The notes: generated by a model not told the origin, from the letters alone. Positions 45,474 to 56,210 are shown, numbered from the stretch's first letter. The stretch is 64,000 nucleotides of DNA from Candidatus Wolfebacteria bacterium GW2011_GWE2_44_13 (GCA_001000675.1 LCHW01000001.1:424875-488874), one strand, 5' to 3'. Translations and numbers: made by a program.

Positions 45474-47705
45474 TTACATAGCAAGCGGCCTGCTCCCTTC
45501 GCGAGATTTCATCCCTCTGAGTGGAATTTCAACATAAAATGCCGTCCCTTTATTTTCTTCTGATGTAAACCAAATCTTTCCCCCAGAACTTTCAATAAGT
45601 GATTTTATAATGTAGAGCCCTAGGCCATTTCCGTCGGGTTCTTTTGCACGCGCATTGTCTGCTCTATAGAATTTAGTAAATATCTTAGCTTGCTGGTGCG
45701 CTGGTATGCCGAAGCCAGTGTCTGCAACGGTAATAAGCACCGTTTCTTCTTGTTTAACAAGTGATACTGTAATAGTTCCTTCCTCGTGCGTATATTTGAC
45801 TGCGTTTGTTAATAAATTCTGTAGTATTATATGTAATAATCTCGGATCTGCATTAATGAGCGGTATCGCCTTGTCGTAGTGTTTTATCAGATGTAATTTT
45901 TTGCGTGCAATTTGTAGAGATAATTCTTTGAGTGCGTCTTCCATGGCTGCTACAAAATCTACCGTTTCTACATCTACCATAAACGTACCCATGTCGATGC
46001 GAGAAACATTAAGTAATGCGTTAACAAGGTCAACCATGCGCTTACTCGCATGTTCAATTTCTTCAAGATATTTTCTTTGCTTATCCGTAAGAGTGATATC
46101 TTTTGGATCAGTAAGCATTTCGATATACCAATTAATAATTGTCAGTGGCGTACGGAGCTGATGCGACGCGACGGACACGAACTCTGTTTTTGACTTGTCG
46201 ATTTCTTTTTGTCGCGTAATATCTCGCTCAACCGCAACAAATCCATATAATGCTCCTTGCTCATCGGAAATGGGAGAGATGTTTGTTTCTGCGATATATA
46301 ATCGTCCGTCTTTTCGCTTGTTAGTCACTTCCCCGTGGAAATTCTTACGCTCTTCTTTAATTGTGTGCCACATATTTCTATAAAATTCTTCTGGCATTTG
46401 TTTTCCCCAGAGTGATGGGCGGTTTCCTACCATTTCTTTATTGGAATACCCTGTAATTTCCTCGGCCGCTTTGTTTGCATATAAAATAACGCCTTCTTTA
46501 TCGGTTATGACTACATGGTCTGATGTACCCTCAACTGCAAGCTTAAATTTCTCAAAATTGCTTGTTACCTCGCGTATTTTTCGAAACAGTACACGATGGG
46601 AATCCTCCAACTTTTGCGCCATGCTATTAAACGCATTACTTAAGTCCCCTAGCTCATCGCGAGATGTAATATTTGCACGGATATCTAAATTGCCATCCCC
46701 GAGTTTTTGTGCCGAAAGTGCGAGCATTTTTATCGGATCAATAACTCTCCGATTCATAAAATACGTTATCAGTAAAATAAATATCACTAAAATTCCTGCA
46801 AGATAGAATAAATCATTGCGCAGTTCGGTGATTGCTTGCAAAGCTTGCGACTGCGGAATCTCCGTTATTAGTGTCCATCCATTATTAATACAGAGCGCTG
46901 ATCCAATTACTAGTACATTATTAATATTATAGTACTCTTTTTGCTCGCCACAGGACGCTTTTTTAGACACATCAAGATGTTGTGTTAAGCGCGAGCCATC
47001 AAAATAGCGTTCATCAACAATGTACCCATCTTTATTGGTAATAAATACCGACATCAAGGCATAGCGCTCCCCGGCGCTCGCAAGCACTGCATTTCTTGTA
47101 CGTATCATATTGGCAACTTTTCCGGCATCTACAAAATTTATAAGCGTACCAATCTTTCTTCCTTGTGTTGTATCGATTAGTGGAGCAGAAACTGTTAACG
47201 CAATCATACTGCGGTTGAACTTATCGGTAATCGCGAAGTCGCTTACTCGAGTCGCCCCGTAGGTAATATCTTCGGATTGAAGGTTTGTTACCCATATTGA
47301 TTCGTCTTTCCCCAACTCCTGCTCTTCTGTTGAGGCGATAACTATGCCATTTTCATCTAAAATATTAATGCCGTATATTGCAGAATCAAGAACCATCTTG
47401 TTGTTTCTTAGATGGTTTCCCAGTGCTTCCATTGCTTTTACATCTCGCGTTTCAACTATCTGTTGTGTTGTTTCTCTAATAAAGCCGTCCGAAGAAAAAT
47501 CTGCTGTTCTGTAGGTTAAACGTTCTATGGCGTCTGTAATAATGATTTCGCCCGTGTTGTTGATCAAACTTAATTCCGCTGATATGCCGTCGGTAATGCT
47601 CTTGCGTTGTGTAATAAAAATAGCAATGTTGGCAAAAATTACAAGCGTTAGAATAATTGCCAAACTCCCCACTATTTTAAATCCAATGGTGCGTCGCTTA
47701 AACAT
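45474..47705 (-). CDS. Sensor histidine kinase (periplasmic sensor, HAMP, PAS, HisKA, HATPase).
   Basis: The H-box is HQLRTPLT. The G-boxes are DTGFGIP and GNGLGLYI. Confidence 0.85.
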   Translation of the reverse strand: MFKRRTIGFKIVGSLAIILTLVIFANIAIFITQRKSITDGISAELSLINNTGEIIITDAIERLTYRTADFSSDGFIRETTQQIVETRDVKAMEALGNHLRNNKMVLDSAIYGINILDENGIVIASTEEQELGKDESIWVTNLQSEDITYGATRVSDFAITDKFNRSMIALTVSAPLIDTTQGRKIGTLINFVDAGKVANMIRTRNAVLASAGERYALMSVFITNKDGYIVDERYFDGSRLTQHLDVSKKASCGEQKEYYNINNVLVIGSALCINNGWTLITEIPQSQALQAITELRNDLFYLAGILVIFILLITYFMNRRVIDPIKMLALSAQKLGDGNLDIRANITSRDELGDLSNAFNSMAQKLEDSHRVLFRKIREVTSNFEKFKLAVEGTSDHVVITDKEGVILYANKAAEEITGYSNKEMVGNRPSLWGKQMPEEFYRNMWHTIKEERKNFHGEVTNKRKDGRLYIAETNISPISDEQGALYGFVAVERDITRQKEIDKSKTEFVSVASHQLRTPLTIINWYIEMLTDPKDITLTDKQRKYLEEIEHASKRMVDLVNALLNVSRIDMGTFMVDVETVDFVAAMEDALKELSLQIARKKLHLIKHYDKAIPLINADPRLLHIILQNLLTNAVKYTHEEGTITVSLVKQEETVLITVADTGFGIPAHQQAKIFTKFYRADNARAKEPDGNGLGLYIIKSLIESSGGKIWFTSEENKGTAFYVEIPLRGMKSREGSRPLAM

Positions 47706-47714
47706 ATAATTGCT

Positions 47715-50006
47715 TTATTTTACTGATGGTTCTTTTTGTCGTGTGTTTTTCGGGCTTGTGAGTGGCAATAGTATGGAGAATGTCGTGCCCTTGTCTTCTT
47801 CAGAGGTAAATTCAATAGACCCTTTAATTTCTTTAATGATCGCCTTTACGATATAGAGGCCAAGACCATTCCCATCCGGTTCTTTTTCCCGTGCGTTATC
47901 GGCGCGGAAAAATTTCGTAAATATTTTCGATTGTTGTTTTGCGGGAATGCCATATCCTGTGTCCGTGATTGTGATCGCGACGTGCTTTTGATCTGGTTGT
48001 TTTTTAATGCTGATCGAAACAGAACCTCCTTGTGGTGTGTATTTTATTGCATTTCCAATAAGGTTTTGGAATATAACGCGCAACAAGCTTGGGTCTGCGC
48101 TCATTTCTTTAAGGGATGCGTCATACTCCGTCTTAATATGGAGCGCCTTTTTTTCGATAATCTGCTTTGACTCTTCGAGAACCGAATCGATGACAGTTGC
48201 AAGTAGTACCGGTTCCGGTTCTACATAAAATGCTCCCATATCAATACGCGAAACACTAAGGAGTGAGTTCACTAGCTCCACCATGCGTTTACTTGCTAGA
48301 TAAACTTGCTCAAGGTATTTGCGTTGTTCCTTGTTAAGTGTACCTACCTCTTCTTTCGTCAGCATTTCTATATACCAATTTATTACCGCAAGCGGTGTGC
48401 GTAATTGATGCGATGCAATAGAAACAAACTCAGTTTTTACTCGGTCAACTTCTTTTTGAACCGTAATGTCCCGCTCAATACCTACAAACCCATACAATAG
48501 GCCTTTATCCATAATAAGCGGCGTGATGCGTAATTCTGCAACGTAAAGTTCCCCGTTTTTGCGTTTATTTGTTATCTCTCCAACAAAAACTTTTTTCTTT
48601 GTTTTTATGGTTTCCCATAAGTCTTTATAAAATTCACTGGACATCATTTTACCCCACAATGAAGGGCGGTTGCCTACGAGCTCGGCTCGAGAGTATCCCG
48701 TAATATTTTCAGCGGCTTTATTTGCATAGATAACACGCCCGTCGAGGTCTGTGATAATAATATGATCGGATGCGCTTTCAACGGCAAGCTTAAACTTTTC
48801 AAAATCAGCTGCGCGTTCCCATATCTTCTCTTCGATATTTCCGTAGACAGTCCCTAACCTTTGCGAAAGTGCTCCCAATGCATTTCCTATGTGTTCAAAT
48901 TCATCACCTGTTTTAATTACTATTGGTTGTGCGAAGTTGCCCTGGTTAAGCTGTTCAACCGCCTTGGTGATTGTTTCTAGCGGGCGTAATAATCGCTCAA
49001 TGAGAAATGCCAATATAACGCTCATAATTATTAGTAAGAGTGCAATAATAATACCGCCCATTACAACGAGCTGCTTTGCTGTGTATATAAATGTTTCCCG
49101 CGTTTCTTCGATAACTAGGGCGAATGATGTGTTTCCGATACGCGTGATACCGATAATCTCATCTCGTTCATGCACGGGGTCGTGAATCGTTTGCGATTGC
49201 GTCCTTAATAATTTTGTTGTATCAATTCCCAGTGTGTCGTATTGCAATGATGAGATGGCAATCGAGCCAAATCGTTTTGCATCAGAAATCTCTCGCTGTA
49301 CTTCGGGCGTAAGTGCCCCGAGGCTTCGAAAGACCATTTCAGGTCGATTTGATTGCACTACTATGCCATGCTCATCAACAATCATCGAAGTGCTCTCAGC
49401 TGCTGCCACGGCTGGCCTTACGGCAGTATTAAGTATGTCTGGTTTTAGCTTTACCGCAATAATACCAAGCACCTTTCCATCCGCATTTATTACTGGATGA
49501 GAAAAATAATATCCAAATGTTTTAGTGACAGCACTAATGGCCCCTTCCATGGTGGGGGTGCCCGCAGCGGCCTGTTTAAAATATTCGCGAAATGCAAAAC
49601 TTTGCCCCACTGCCATTGGATTTGTGGATACGAGGTCTACCCCACTTATATCCATAATATTAATTGACTCGTAGGTGTGGCCTGCATCAGCCATAGTAAG
49701 GCTTTCTAGCACTGCGGGGTTTTGCAAGGCTGGACTTTTTTGTTGTAAATAATCAACTACGATATGCTGAGAAGCAATTTGTTTTGTGAAAAGCTCCGCA
49801 TTTGTAAACACTACTTCGACAGCCGACCCTTGTTGTATCGCGATTGATTCAACGTGTTTAAGGCCCAATTGTGAAGCAATATTGTTATTTATCTGAAACG
49901 TCATGATGAGCACGAGCGTTCCAAAAAATAGTACGATTACGCTGATCGTCAGAATAAGTTTTCGTTTAAATGAAATGCGTGGTTGCATACGTTTGGTTAC
50001 TCGCAC
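47715..50006 (-). CDS. Sensor histidine kinase, paralog of 45474..47705.
   Basis: The H-box is HQLRTPLA. The G-boxes are DTGYGIP and GNGLGLYI. Confidence 0.85.
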   Translation of the reverse strand: MRVTKRMQPRISFKRKLILTISVIVLFFGTLVLIMTFQINNNIASQLGLKHVESIAIQQGSAVEVVFTNAELFTKQIASQHIVVDYLQQKSPALQNPAVLESLTMADAGHTYESINIMDISGVDLVSTNPMAVGQSFAFREYFKQAAAGTPTMEGAISAVTKTFGYYFSHPVINADGKVLGIIAVKLKPDILNTAVRPAVAAAESTSMIVDEHGIVVQSNRPEMVFRSLGALTPEVQREISDAKRFGSIAISSLQYDTLGIDTTKLLRTQSQTIHDPVHERDEIIGITRIGNTSFALVIEETRETFIYTAKQLVVMGGIIIALLLIIMSVILAFLIERLLRPLETITKAVEQLNQGNFAQPIVIKTGDEFEHIGNALGALSQRLGTVYGNIEEKIWERAADFEKFKLAVESASDHIIITDLDGRVIYANKAAENITGYSRAELVGNRPSLWGKMMSSEFYKDLWETIKTKKKVFVGEITNKRKNGELYVAELRITPLIMDKGLLYGFVGIERDITVQKEVDRVKTEFVSIASHQLRTPLAVINWYIEMLTKEEVGTLNKEQRKYLEQVYLASKRMVELVNSLLSVSRIDMGAFYVEPEPVLLATVIDSVLEESKQIIEKKALHIKTEYDASLKEMSADPSLLRVIFQNLIGNAIKYTPQGGSVSISIKKQPDQKHVAITITDTGYGIPAKQQSKIFTKFFRADNAREKEPDGNGLGLYIVKAIIKEIKGSIEFTSEEDKGTTFSILLPLTSPKNTRQKEPSVK

Positions 50007-50067
50007 TACTACACTTCTTATCTTATGTAAGTATACATCTTTTTTACTCGTAGCTACAGGGTATGTA

Positions 50068-51195
50068 TTATATTGCTCGATGGTTTACTCCGGTTGCTTC
50101 AGTGATGGTTGTAAGTCCGTCGCGCATGAGTAATGTTTTTAATCCCTGATTAATTTCGCCAATCAATTGAGGTCCCTCAAAAATCATTCCCGTGATGAGT
50201 TGTACGAGCGATGCGCCTTGTTTTATTTTTTCATAGGCATCGTGTGCTGAAAAAATACCTCCACAACCGATGATACAATAGGCGCCGTTTGTTTTCTTGT
50301 AGATATGGCCAATCATTATGTTAGAACGATCTCGCACTACCTTGCCACTCATGCCTCCATATGCGGGAATGTTTTTGTCCTTGATATGCTTATTTTCTCG
50401 GTTTTTTGTTAAATTCGTGCAAATAAACCCGTGGACTCGGTGCTGTTTAGCTACAACAATAATCGCATCGATTTGTACATCGGTTAAATCTGCAGAGAGT
50501 TTTAGAAAGATTGGCTTTTTAGTTTGAATCGCATCAATCCGTGTCAATAACGCGTCGAGTGCGCCTGGTTCTACAAATGGCTCTCCCATGCAAGTGTTTG
50601 GGCAACTGATATTAATCGTAAAGTAATCTCCAATTGTTGCAAATGCGGAAAATGCTTTTGCATAGTCTGCAATACCCGCCTCTTGCGTTGCGGTTGTGCT
50701 ATCGTTTGTCATTGCAATACTTGTCCCTAAGGGCGTGCGAAACTGCTTTTGCGTAAGACGATGGGCTATTGCAGCGCACCCAGAATTTTTTAACCCATAA
50801 TACACAATAAGGCCTTTAGATTTTTTCATACGCCACAAGCGTGGTCGTGTATTTCCTTTGCACGCATTCCCTGTTATTGATCCAATTTCAGTAAAACCAA
50901 AGCCAACTGCTCCGATAATATCCGTAAGAACGCCGTCTTTATCAAACCCTGCTGCAAGTCCCACTGGATTTGCAAAGCGAATACCCGCAACGTTCTGTTC
51001 CAATATTGGATCTGCATATGCAAATAAGCTTTTTGTTAATGCTCGCGTTATTGCGTAGTTACCTAAAAACACACCTACCTGTGTCATCGCATCGTGTACG
51101 TCTTCAGGATCAGCTGCAAAAAAGATACGCTTTAGGATAGTCCGATAGATAAATCCTATTACGATGTTTCTATTCCGTATAAAAATGTCTTTCAT
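50068..51195 (-). CDS. pyrD: Dihydroorotate dehydrogenase (quinone, class 2).
   Basis: The N-terminal membrane-association helix is followed by GFDKDG and the catalytic-serine region. Confidence 0.85.
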   Translation of the reverse strand: MKDIFIRNRNIVIGFIYRTILKRIFFAADPEDVHDAMTQVGVFLGNYAITRALTKSLFAYADPILEQNVAGIRFANPVGLAAGFDKDGVLTDIIGAVGFGFTEIGSITGNACKGNTRPRLWRMKKSKGLIVYYGLKNSGCAAIAHRLTQKQFRTPLGTSIAMTNDSTTATQEAGIADYAKAFSAFATIGDYFTINISCPNTCMGEPFVEPGALDALLTRIDAIQTKKPIFLKLSADLTDVQIDAIIVVAKQHRVHGFICTNLTKNRENKHIKDKNIPAYGGMSGKVVRDRSNIMIGHIYKKTNGAYCIIGCGGIFSAHDAYEKIKQGASLVQLITGMIFEGPQLIGEINQGLKTLLMRDGLTTITEATGVNHRAI

Positions 51196-51255
51196 AAAAA
51201 TAATAAAAATCAGTACTTGTGCGTACTGATTTGTATTATAGCATAGATTGTCTTG

Positions 51256-51504
51256 TTACTTCTGCATCGCTGCGAATCTTCCCGCGATTGCTTGCTGCGC
51301 TTTTTTAACCGCATCATTAAACGTATCTTTCATAATGCCCTCCAATTTTGCTGCTGCGATGTCTTCAGAAATAGTAACTTTCTTTACTTCAAAAGCACCG
51401 TTCATGCTAATAGTAACCCCGTCGCGCTCCACCGTTACCTCTTCTTGCTGAATTGCGCTCTGCAACTCCTTGAGCTGTTTTAATTGTTTAAATGAATCAA
51501 ACAT
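51256..51504 (-). CDS. ybaB: YbaB/EbfC family nucleoid-associated protein.
   Basis: The sequence MFDSFKQLKQLKELQSAIQQ...GRFAAMQK is the typical YbaB. Confidence 0.85.
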   Translation of the reverse strand: MFDSFKQLKQLKELQSAIQQEEVTVERDGVTISMNGAFEVKKVTISEDIAAAKLEGIMKDTFNDAVKKAQQAIAGRFAAMQK

Positions 51505-51560
51505 AGTTATGGATTTATTTTTATTGAGTACGCCATACGATTATAGCAGAAAATTTCTGT

Positions 51561-51588
51561 AAAAAAAGACCGTAGCAGTGCTACGGTC
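51561..51588 (-). terminator. Rho-independent terminator (gaccgtagc-agtg-ctacggtc).
   Basis: A hairpin plus T-run on the minus strand. Confidence 0.6.
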
Positions 51589-51623
51589 CATGATGAACAC
51601 ACCTTGGCAAGGGGCGGTGAATG

Positions 51624-52457
51624 TTATCTGCGCGCGGGAATCAGGATAAGCTCCTGCCCCTTGATTCCAGCGATGATTTGCGTTGCTCCGACGACCTGCT
51701 CTTGCAGGTGTCCGAAAACAGCGGTCACTTTTTGGCAGAACCCGTCAAACGGAGCAACATGTGCTTCGGTGCGCGTAATTGTTACGATGAATGTCGTTTC
51801 ATCGCTTAACGTCAGTGCCGCTGTTTTGTCGGGCTGTACGCGTCCGAGAAACGCGACGCTTTTTTGCGCCACATACATCGTGACTGCGACTTGCTCCCAA
51901 CACTCGTTTATCTGCGAAAGCCCAAGATACTTCAAGCAGGGTCCCGTAGTAAATAGTATCCCGTTCCCCTCGTTAAGAAGGCGGATATTCTTTGCCACGG
52001 GGGTTGCTTTTCGCAGCAGGTCGAGGCCGAATCCGAAGAAATATTCGGTCGGCTCCTTTGGCGTTCCACACGGGAAAAATGCGGTTACAATGTCTTGGAC
52101 ATGTAATTGCGTTGCCAAAGCGGCGATAACCTCCTTAACCGGTCCAGTCATCGCGCCCATCACCTCAACAATCAGAAGCCGTTTTTTCAGTTGCGCGCTT
52201 TTGATGGCGGTAATTGCCGCGCACTGTGAAAAGCGCATAGCAGGGACGATGAGACCTTTCTTACTTTCGATGGAAACAGGCACGTCCAGCGTCTGCACGT
52301 GCACCACATTTCCCTCCACAGCGATACCGCAAATCTGCCTGAGGTTCATGTTGCCGACTTCCGCTACGAACTTCGGGACCGTGTATATTCGTTCGGTGTA
52401 GTTCAAGTGACACCCCTTAAAAGTGAATGGTTTCGTATATGCCCCTTGCCAAGGCAA
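51624..52457 (-). CDS. Hypothetical protein (277 aa), GC-rich.
   Basis: A long ORF. The opposite-strand ORF 51604..52401 is low-complexity Cys/Ser/Thr and looks like an antisense artefact. Confidence 0.4.
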   Translation of the reverse strand: MPWQGAYTKPFTFKGCHLNYTERIYTVPKFVAEVGNMNLRQICGIAVEGNVVHVQTLDVPVSIESKKGLIVPAMRFSQCAAITAIKSAQLKKRLLIVEVMGAMTGPVKEVIAALATQLHVQDIVTAFFPCGTPKEPTEYFFGFGLDLLRKATPVAKNIRLLNEGNGILFTTGPCLKYLGLSQINECWEQVAVTMYVAQKSVAFLGRVQPDKTAALTLSDETTFIVTITRTEAHVAPFDGFCQKVTAVFGHLQEQVVGATQIIAGIKGQELILIPARR

Positions 52458-52580
52458 TATAAAAATAAATTTGAAATGTGCGAGTGAGTCGCTATCTTTA
52501 CATATACACGATAGTCTGTCAACCGTGTCGTTACGTAATATAAAAATCCCCCATCACAGAGATGGGGATTTTTATATTAC

Positions 52581-53234
52581 TTATTCCTCCCTAACTGTTG
52601 CAGAAAGAATTTTTACTGGGCTAACAGGGGCAGATGGCTCACCACCGCGACTCATGGTCACTGGTGCGTTTGCGATTGCATCTACTGCATCCATACCCTG
52701 AATTACTTTTCCAAAAATGGTGTAATTTTTTGGTAATGCATAATCGGCGTGCATGATAAAGAATTGGCTGCCGTTTGTGTTTGGCCCTGCGTTTGCCATA
52801 GCCACTGTTCCTCGTGAGTATTCTCCAACGAATGGTTCATCCGCAAACGTATATCCTGGGCCACCCGTGCCATCCCCTCGTGGATCCCCTCCTTGGATCA
52901 TAAACCCTTTGATTGCGCGGTGAAATATTGTGTTATCGTAGTACCCTTTTTTAGCGAGCGTTACAAAATTATCAACCGTTTTCGGTGTTTGGTCGGTATT
53001 GAGCGCGATTACAATTGCGCCTGCAGTTGTCTGTAGTGTTACTTCGATTTTAGTTTTTTGTGATCCTGTGGTTTCCATAGGTTTTTTTGGTTCTGTATTA
53101 GGTGAAGTTATTTGCGTTTGCTTTGTTACTGAACCCGTATCTTTTTTTGTGGTGTCGGATTTTCCGTAGATTCCAACTCCAATAACGAGCAGTACCAAGA
53201 AGATCACGATTGCGATGCCTTCTTTATTGTTCAT
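52581..53234 (-). CDS. ppiB: Peptidyl-prolyl cis-trans isomerase (cyclophilin type) with a signal/TM anchor.
   Basis: Motifs FHRAIKGFMIQGGDP and GTVAMANAGPNTNGSQFFI are present. Confidence 0.9.
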   Translation of the reverse strand: MNNKEGIAIVIFLVLLVIGVGIYGKSDTTKKDTGSVTKQTQITSPNTEPKKPMETTGSQKTKIEVTLQTTAGAIVIALNTDQTPKTVDNFVTLAKKGYYDNTIFHRAIKGFMIQGGDPRGDGTGGPGYTFADEPFVGEYSRGTVAMANAGPNTNGSQFFIMHADYALPKNYTIFGKVIQGMDAVDAIANAPVTMSRGGEPSAPVSPVKILSATVREE

Positions 53235-53326
53235 AGTTCTGTATATATGATTATCTTTTCTCTATTGTACAAAAGAACAATCCCTTTATGCAATAACAGC
53301 GCTCGAGGCGCTGTTATTGAAAATCA

Positions 53327-55213
53327 TTATTTGCCCTTTGCTGATTTGTTTCGATCAGTTTCGTTTAAATATTTTTTGCGTAATCGAATGCTCTTCGGAG
53401 TAACTTCGAGATATTCATCTTCAGCCATTACTTCGAGGCCGCGTTCTAATGATACGGTAAGTGGTGGAATTAGTTGGATAGCTTCATCAGCTCGTGACGA
53501 ACGCATGTTTGTGAGCTGCTTACCCTTGATTGGGTTAACGGTCATGTCTTGTCCCTTTGCAGTATTGCCAATGACCATACCTTCGTACACTTCAGTGTTG
53601 GCATCGATAAAGAGTGTGCCGCGTTCCTGTAAGTTTGCGAGCGAGAACGCAAGCGCCTTACCCGCTACCATGGAAATCATAGACCCTAATTCTGTCTTTA
53701 CGATTTCTCCTGCAAATGGGCGAAATCCGATGAACCGGCTACATAAAATTCCTTCGCCGCGCGTATCAATTGTAAACTGTCCGCGATAGCCAAGTAGTCC
53801 TCGTGTAGGAATCTCGAACAAGACGCGCGTGTAGCTTTCGATCTGCTTCATTTGCGTCATAATACCGCGACGCTTTCCGAGTGTTTCGATAACAACACCA
53901 GCCATTTTTTCTGGTACGTCAATAACAACCTCTTCGTATGGTTCCATTTTCTTCCCATCCTCTTCTCGCATAATAACCTGTGGCTGCGATACTTGCAGCT
54001 CGTACCCTTCGCGACGCATGTTTTCCAAAAGAATTGCGATGTGCATTTCTCCACGACCGTATACCTTAAAGGTATCTCCGCCAGAAAAATCTACTTTTAA
54101 GCCGACGTTAACTTCAAGCTCCTTTTCTAGGCGCTCTTTAATCTGTCGTGTTGTTACAAATTTACCTTCTTTTCCTGCAAATGGAGAATCGTTTACCAAG
54201 AAGTTTAGCGAGATTGTAGGCTCATCAATTGCGATTGCTGGCAGTGCTTCTTGGTCTGCACTTACACACAATGTTTCGCCAATGTCGATGTTTGGTAACC
54301 CTGCAATCATAACAATATCACCTGAGCTTACTGATAGTGAATCGATGCGCTCCAGGCCTTTAAAGGTGAAGAGTTTTGTAATTTTACCGGTGCGTGTTTC
54401 ACCTGTTGGCTTTTTGATAATGAGCGTATCGCCCACTTTTGTTGTTCCTTCATAGACACGTGCGATCGCAAGTCGACCCAAGAAATTGTCATACGCCAAG
54501 TTAAATGGCTGTGCACGAAAAGGTGCATCATCACGCATATGGCTTGGCTGAACTTCGTCAATGATTACGTCTAATAATGGGGTCAGATCTTTTGAATCAT
54601 CAGTCAAGTTCTTTTTTGCAATACCTTCGCGCCCGATTGCATAGACAGTGGTAAAGTTCAGCTGCTCATCGGTTGCTCCTAAGTCCATAAATAATTCAAG
54701 AACCATCTCATGTGCTTCTTCTGGATTTGCGGCTGGCTTGTCGATTTTATTGATAATAACAATCGGCTTTAATCCGAGCTCGAGCGACTTCTTCAATACG
54801 AATCGTGTCTGTGGCATTGGGCCTTCTTGTGCATCAACAACCAATAATACGGAGTCAATGGAGCGTAATACGCGCTCTACTTCAGATCCGAAATCGGCGT
54901 GTCCTGGGGTATCCACAATATTGACCTTTGTACCTTTGTACATGATCGATGCATTTTTTGCATAGATAGTAATACCACGCTCTTTTTCAAGCGTGTTGCT
55001 GTCCATGCTTACTCCTTCAACAGCGGCTCCTGTTTGTTTTAGGATTGCGTCGGTGAGTGTTGTTTTGCCGTGGTCTACGTGTGCGATAATCGCAATATTG
55101 CGGATTTCCATATAAAAAAGCCCTTTGGGGCAGTATCTATTAATTGAGTTACCATTATAACGTAAAGGTTGAAAATTGTCCAGCCTTTTTAAGGCTTCCG
55201 AAATACTTCCCAA
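53327..55213 (-). CDS. typA: Translational GTPase BipA/TypA.
   Basis: The G1 motif is AIIAHVDHGKTTL. The EF-G-like domain order is present. Confidence 0.9.
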   Translation of the reverse strand: MGSISEALKRLDNFQPLRYNGNSINRYCPKGLFYMEIRNIAIIAHVDHGKTTLTDAILKQTGAAVEGVSMDSNTLEKERGITIYAKNASIMYKGTKVNIVDTPGHADFGSEVERVLRSIDSVLLVVDAQEGPMPQTRFVLKKSLELGLKPIVIINKIDKPAANPEEAHEMVLELFMDLGATDEQLNFTTVYAIGREGIAKKNLTDDSKDLTPLLDVIIDEVQPSHMRDDAPFRAQPFNLAYDNFLGRLAIARVYEGTTKVGDTLIIKKPTGETRTGKITKLFTFKGLERIDSLSVSSGDIVMIAGLPNIDIGETLCVSADQEALPAIAIDEPTISLNFLVNDSPFAGKEGKFVTTRQIKERLEKELEVNVGLKVDFSGGDTFKVYGRGEMHIAILLENMRREGYELQVSQPQVIMREEDGKKMEPYEEVVIDVPEKMAGVVIETLGKRRGIMTQMKQIESYTRVLFEIPTRGLLGYRGQFTIDTRGEGILCSRFIGFRPFAGEIVKTELGSMISMVAGKALAFSLANLQERGTLFIDANTEVYEGMVIGNTAKGQDMTVNPIKGKQLTNMRSSRADEAIQLIPPLTVSLERGLEVMAEDEYLEVTPKSIRLRKKYLNETDRNKSAKGK

Positions 55214-55216
55214 TGT

Positions 55217-55545
55217 TTGTCATTCCCGTGCAGACGGGAATCCAGGCTTTCGTACTTTTTCAAAAAAGTACGTCCGTCGGATTCGAAAAGGAAGGATCAA
55301 ATCCGACAGCCCGGCACGTTGCACGCTTGCTCCGCTCGCTAGCAACGCCAAGGCTCAAAACTGTGAACTCGCTCCTGCGCACCGCTCAAACAACCCAGTT
55401 TTTGAGGAAATTTTTTTCGCCTATTTTATCCGTCATTTTTACGGATGCTTGGGGAATACGAATTAATGCGCCCTTAATCCGAAATATTTTCATGTTCGTA
55501 GATGCAAAATACATTCTCTGTCATTCCCGTCCTTCGACACTCAGA
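55217..55545 (+). repeat. Copy B of the hairpin-rich repeat family. It is flanked by the direct repeat tgtcattcccgt (55217 and 55519).
   Basis: It contains the perfect stems cattcccg/cgggaatg, CGTACTTTTT/AAAAAGTACG and gtcggatt/aatccgac. It shares ordered blocks with 14939..15294. Confidence 0.6.
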
Positions 55546-55552
55546 GCGCATA

Positions 55553-55581
55553 ATAAAAAAAAGCCGCTCGTATAGAGCGGC
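55553..55581 (-). terminator. Rho-independent terminator (agccgctc-gtata-gagcggct plus T8 on the minus strand).
   Basis: A hairpin after gene 55612..56100. Confidence 0.7.
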
Positions 55582-55611
55582 TGTTATAGTGAAAGACTAT
55601 TTACGAGGATT

Positions 55612-56100
55612 CTAGATAAGGCTTCCTCCCCAGTATTCGTGATAGCCAAGTACTCGGCCCGTTTCGATGCTTTTAATTACTTCATACCCCCTCATCTCGC
55701 GAAAAGACGCACTCGTGCAATTATTGATATACAATAGATCACCTTCTTCGCAAGATTGCGGGCCACGACACCCCACGGAACTGCCTGTCGTATATGCCTT
55801 CGTGAGAGCAGCCTTTAAAAATGAGATAACCTTCTTTGGATACGACCCTCCGTACGACATTAGCCAAATTGGCTTACCCTTGTAGAATATCGTTGTTGTT
55901 CCGACTGAGTAAGTCGATCGAGGCATTGTGTAGTAGCGATCTACTACCGTGAAGCCTTCTTCGATACATGTAATCGTCGTATACCCATCAGTTGTCTTAA
56001 TCTTGGGTACGCCATCGCCCTCTTCGCTTGCATATCCAGACAGCATTGCAGCGATGAAAGCCTTTTTTGCCCAATCTAATATCTCATTTCGTTTGTCCAT
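55612..56100 (-). CDS. Hypothetical protein (162 aa).
   Basis: An ORF with a terminator. Confidence 0.45.
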   Translation of the reverse strand: MDKRNEILDWAKKAFIAAMLSGYASEEGDGVPKIKTTDGYTTITCIEEGFTVVDRYYTMPRSTYSVGTTTIFYKGKPIWLMSYGGSYPKKVISFLKAALTKAYTTGSSVGCRGPQSCEEGDLLYINNCTSASFREMRGYEVIKSIETGRVLGYHEYWGGSLI

Positions 56101-56210
56101 TACTAGTCCCTCTCTTATTTTTTGGTTGGATTTAAATTAGCTAAAAATAGCATACCTTTTCTTGTTATTTTGTCAAACAAAAAACCGCCGGAAAATCCGG
56201 CGGATCTTTT

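Noticed and set aside
51604-52401. A 265-aa plus-strand ORF.
   Set aside because: The product is low-complexity and Cys/Ser/Thr-rich. It is antisense to the 51624..52457 ORF in a GC-rich region. A shadow ORF is likely, although the true strand is not certain.
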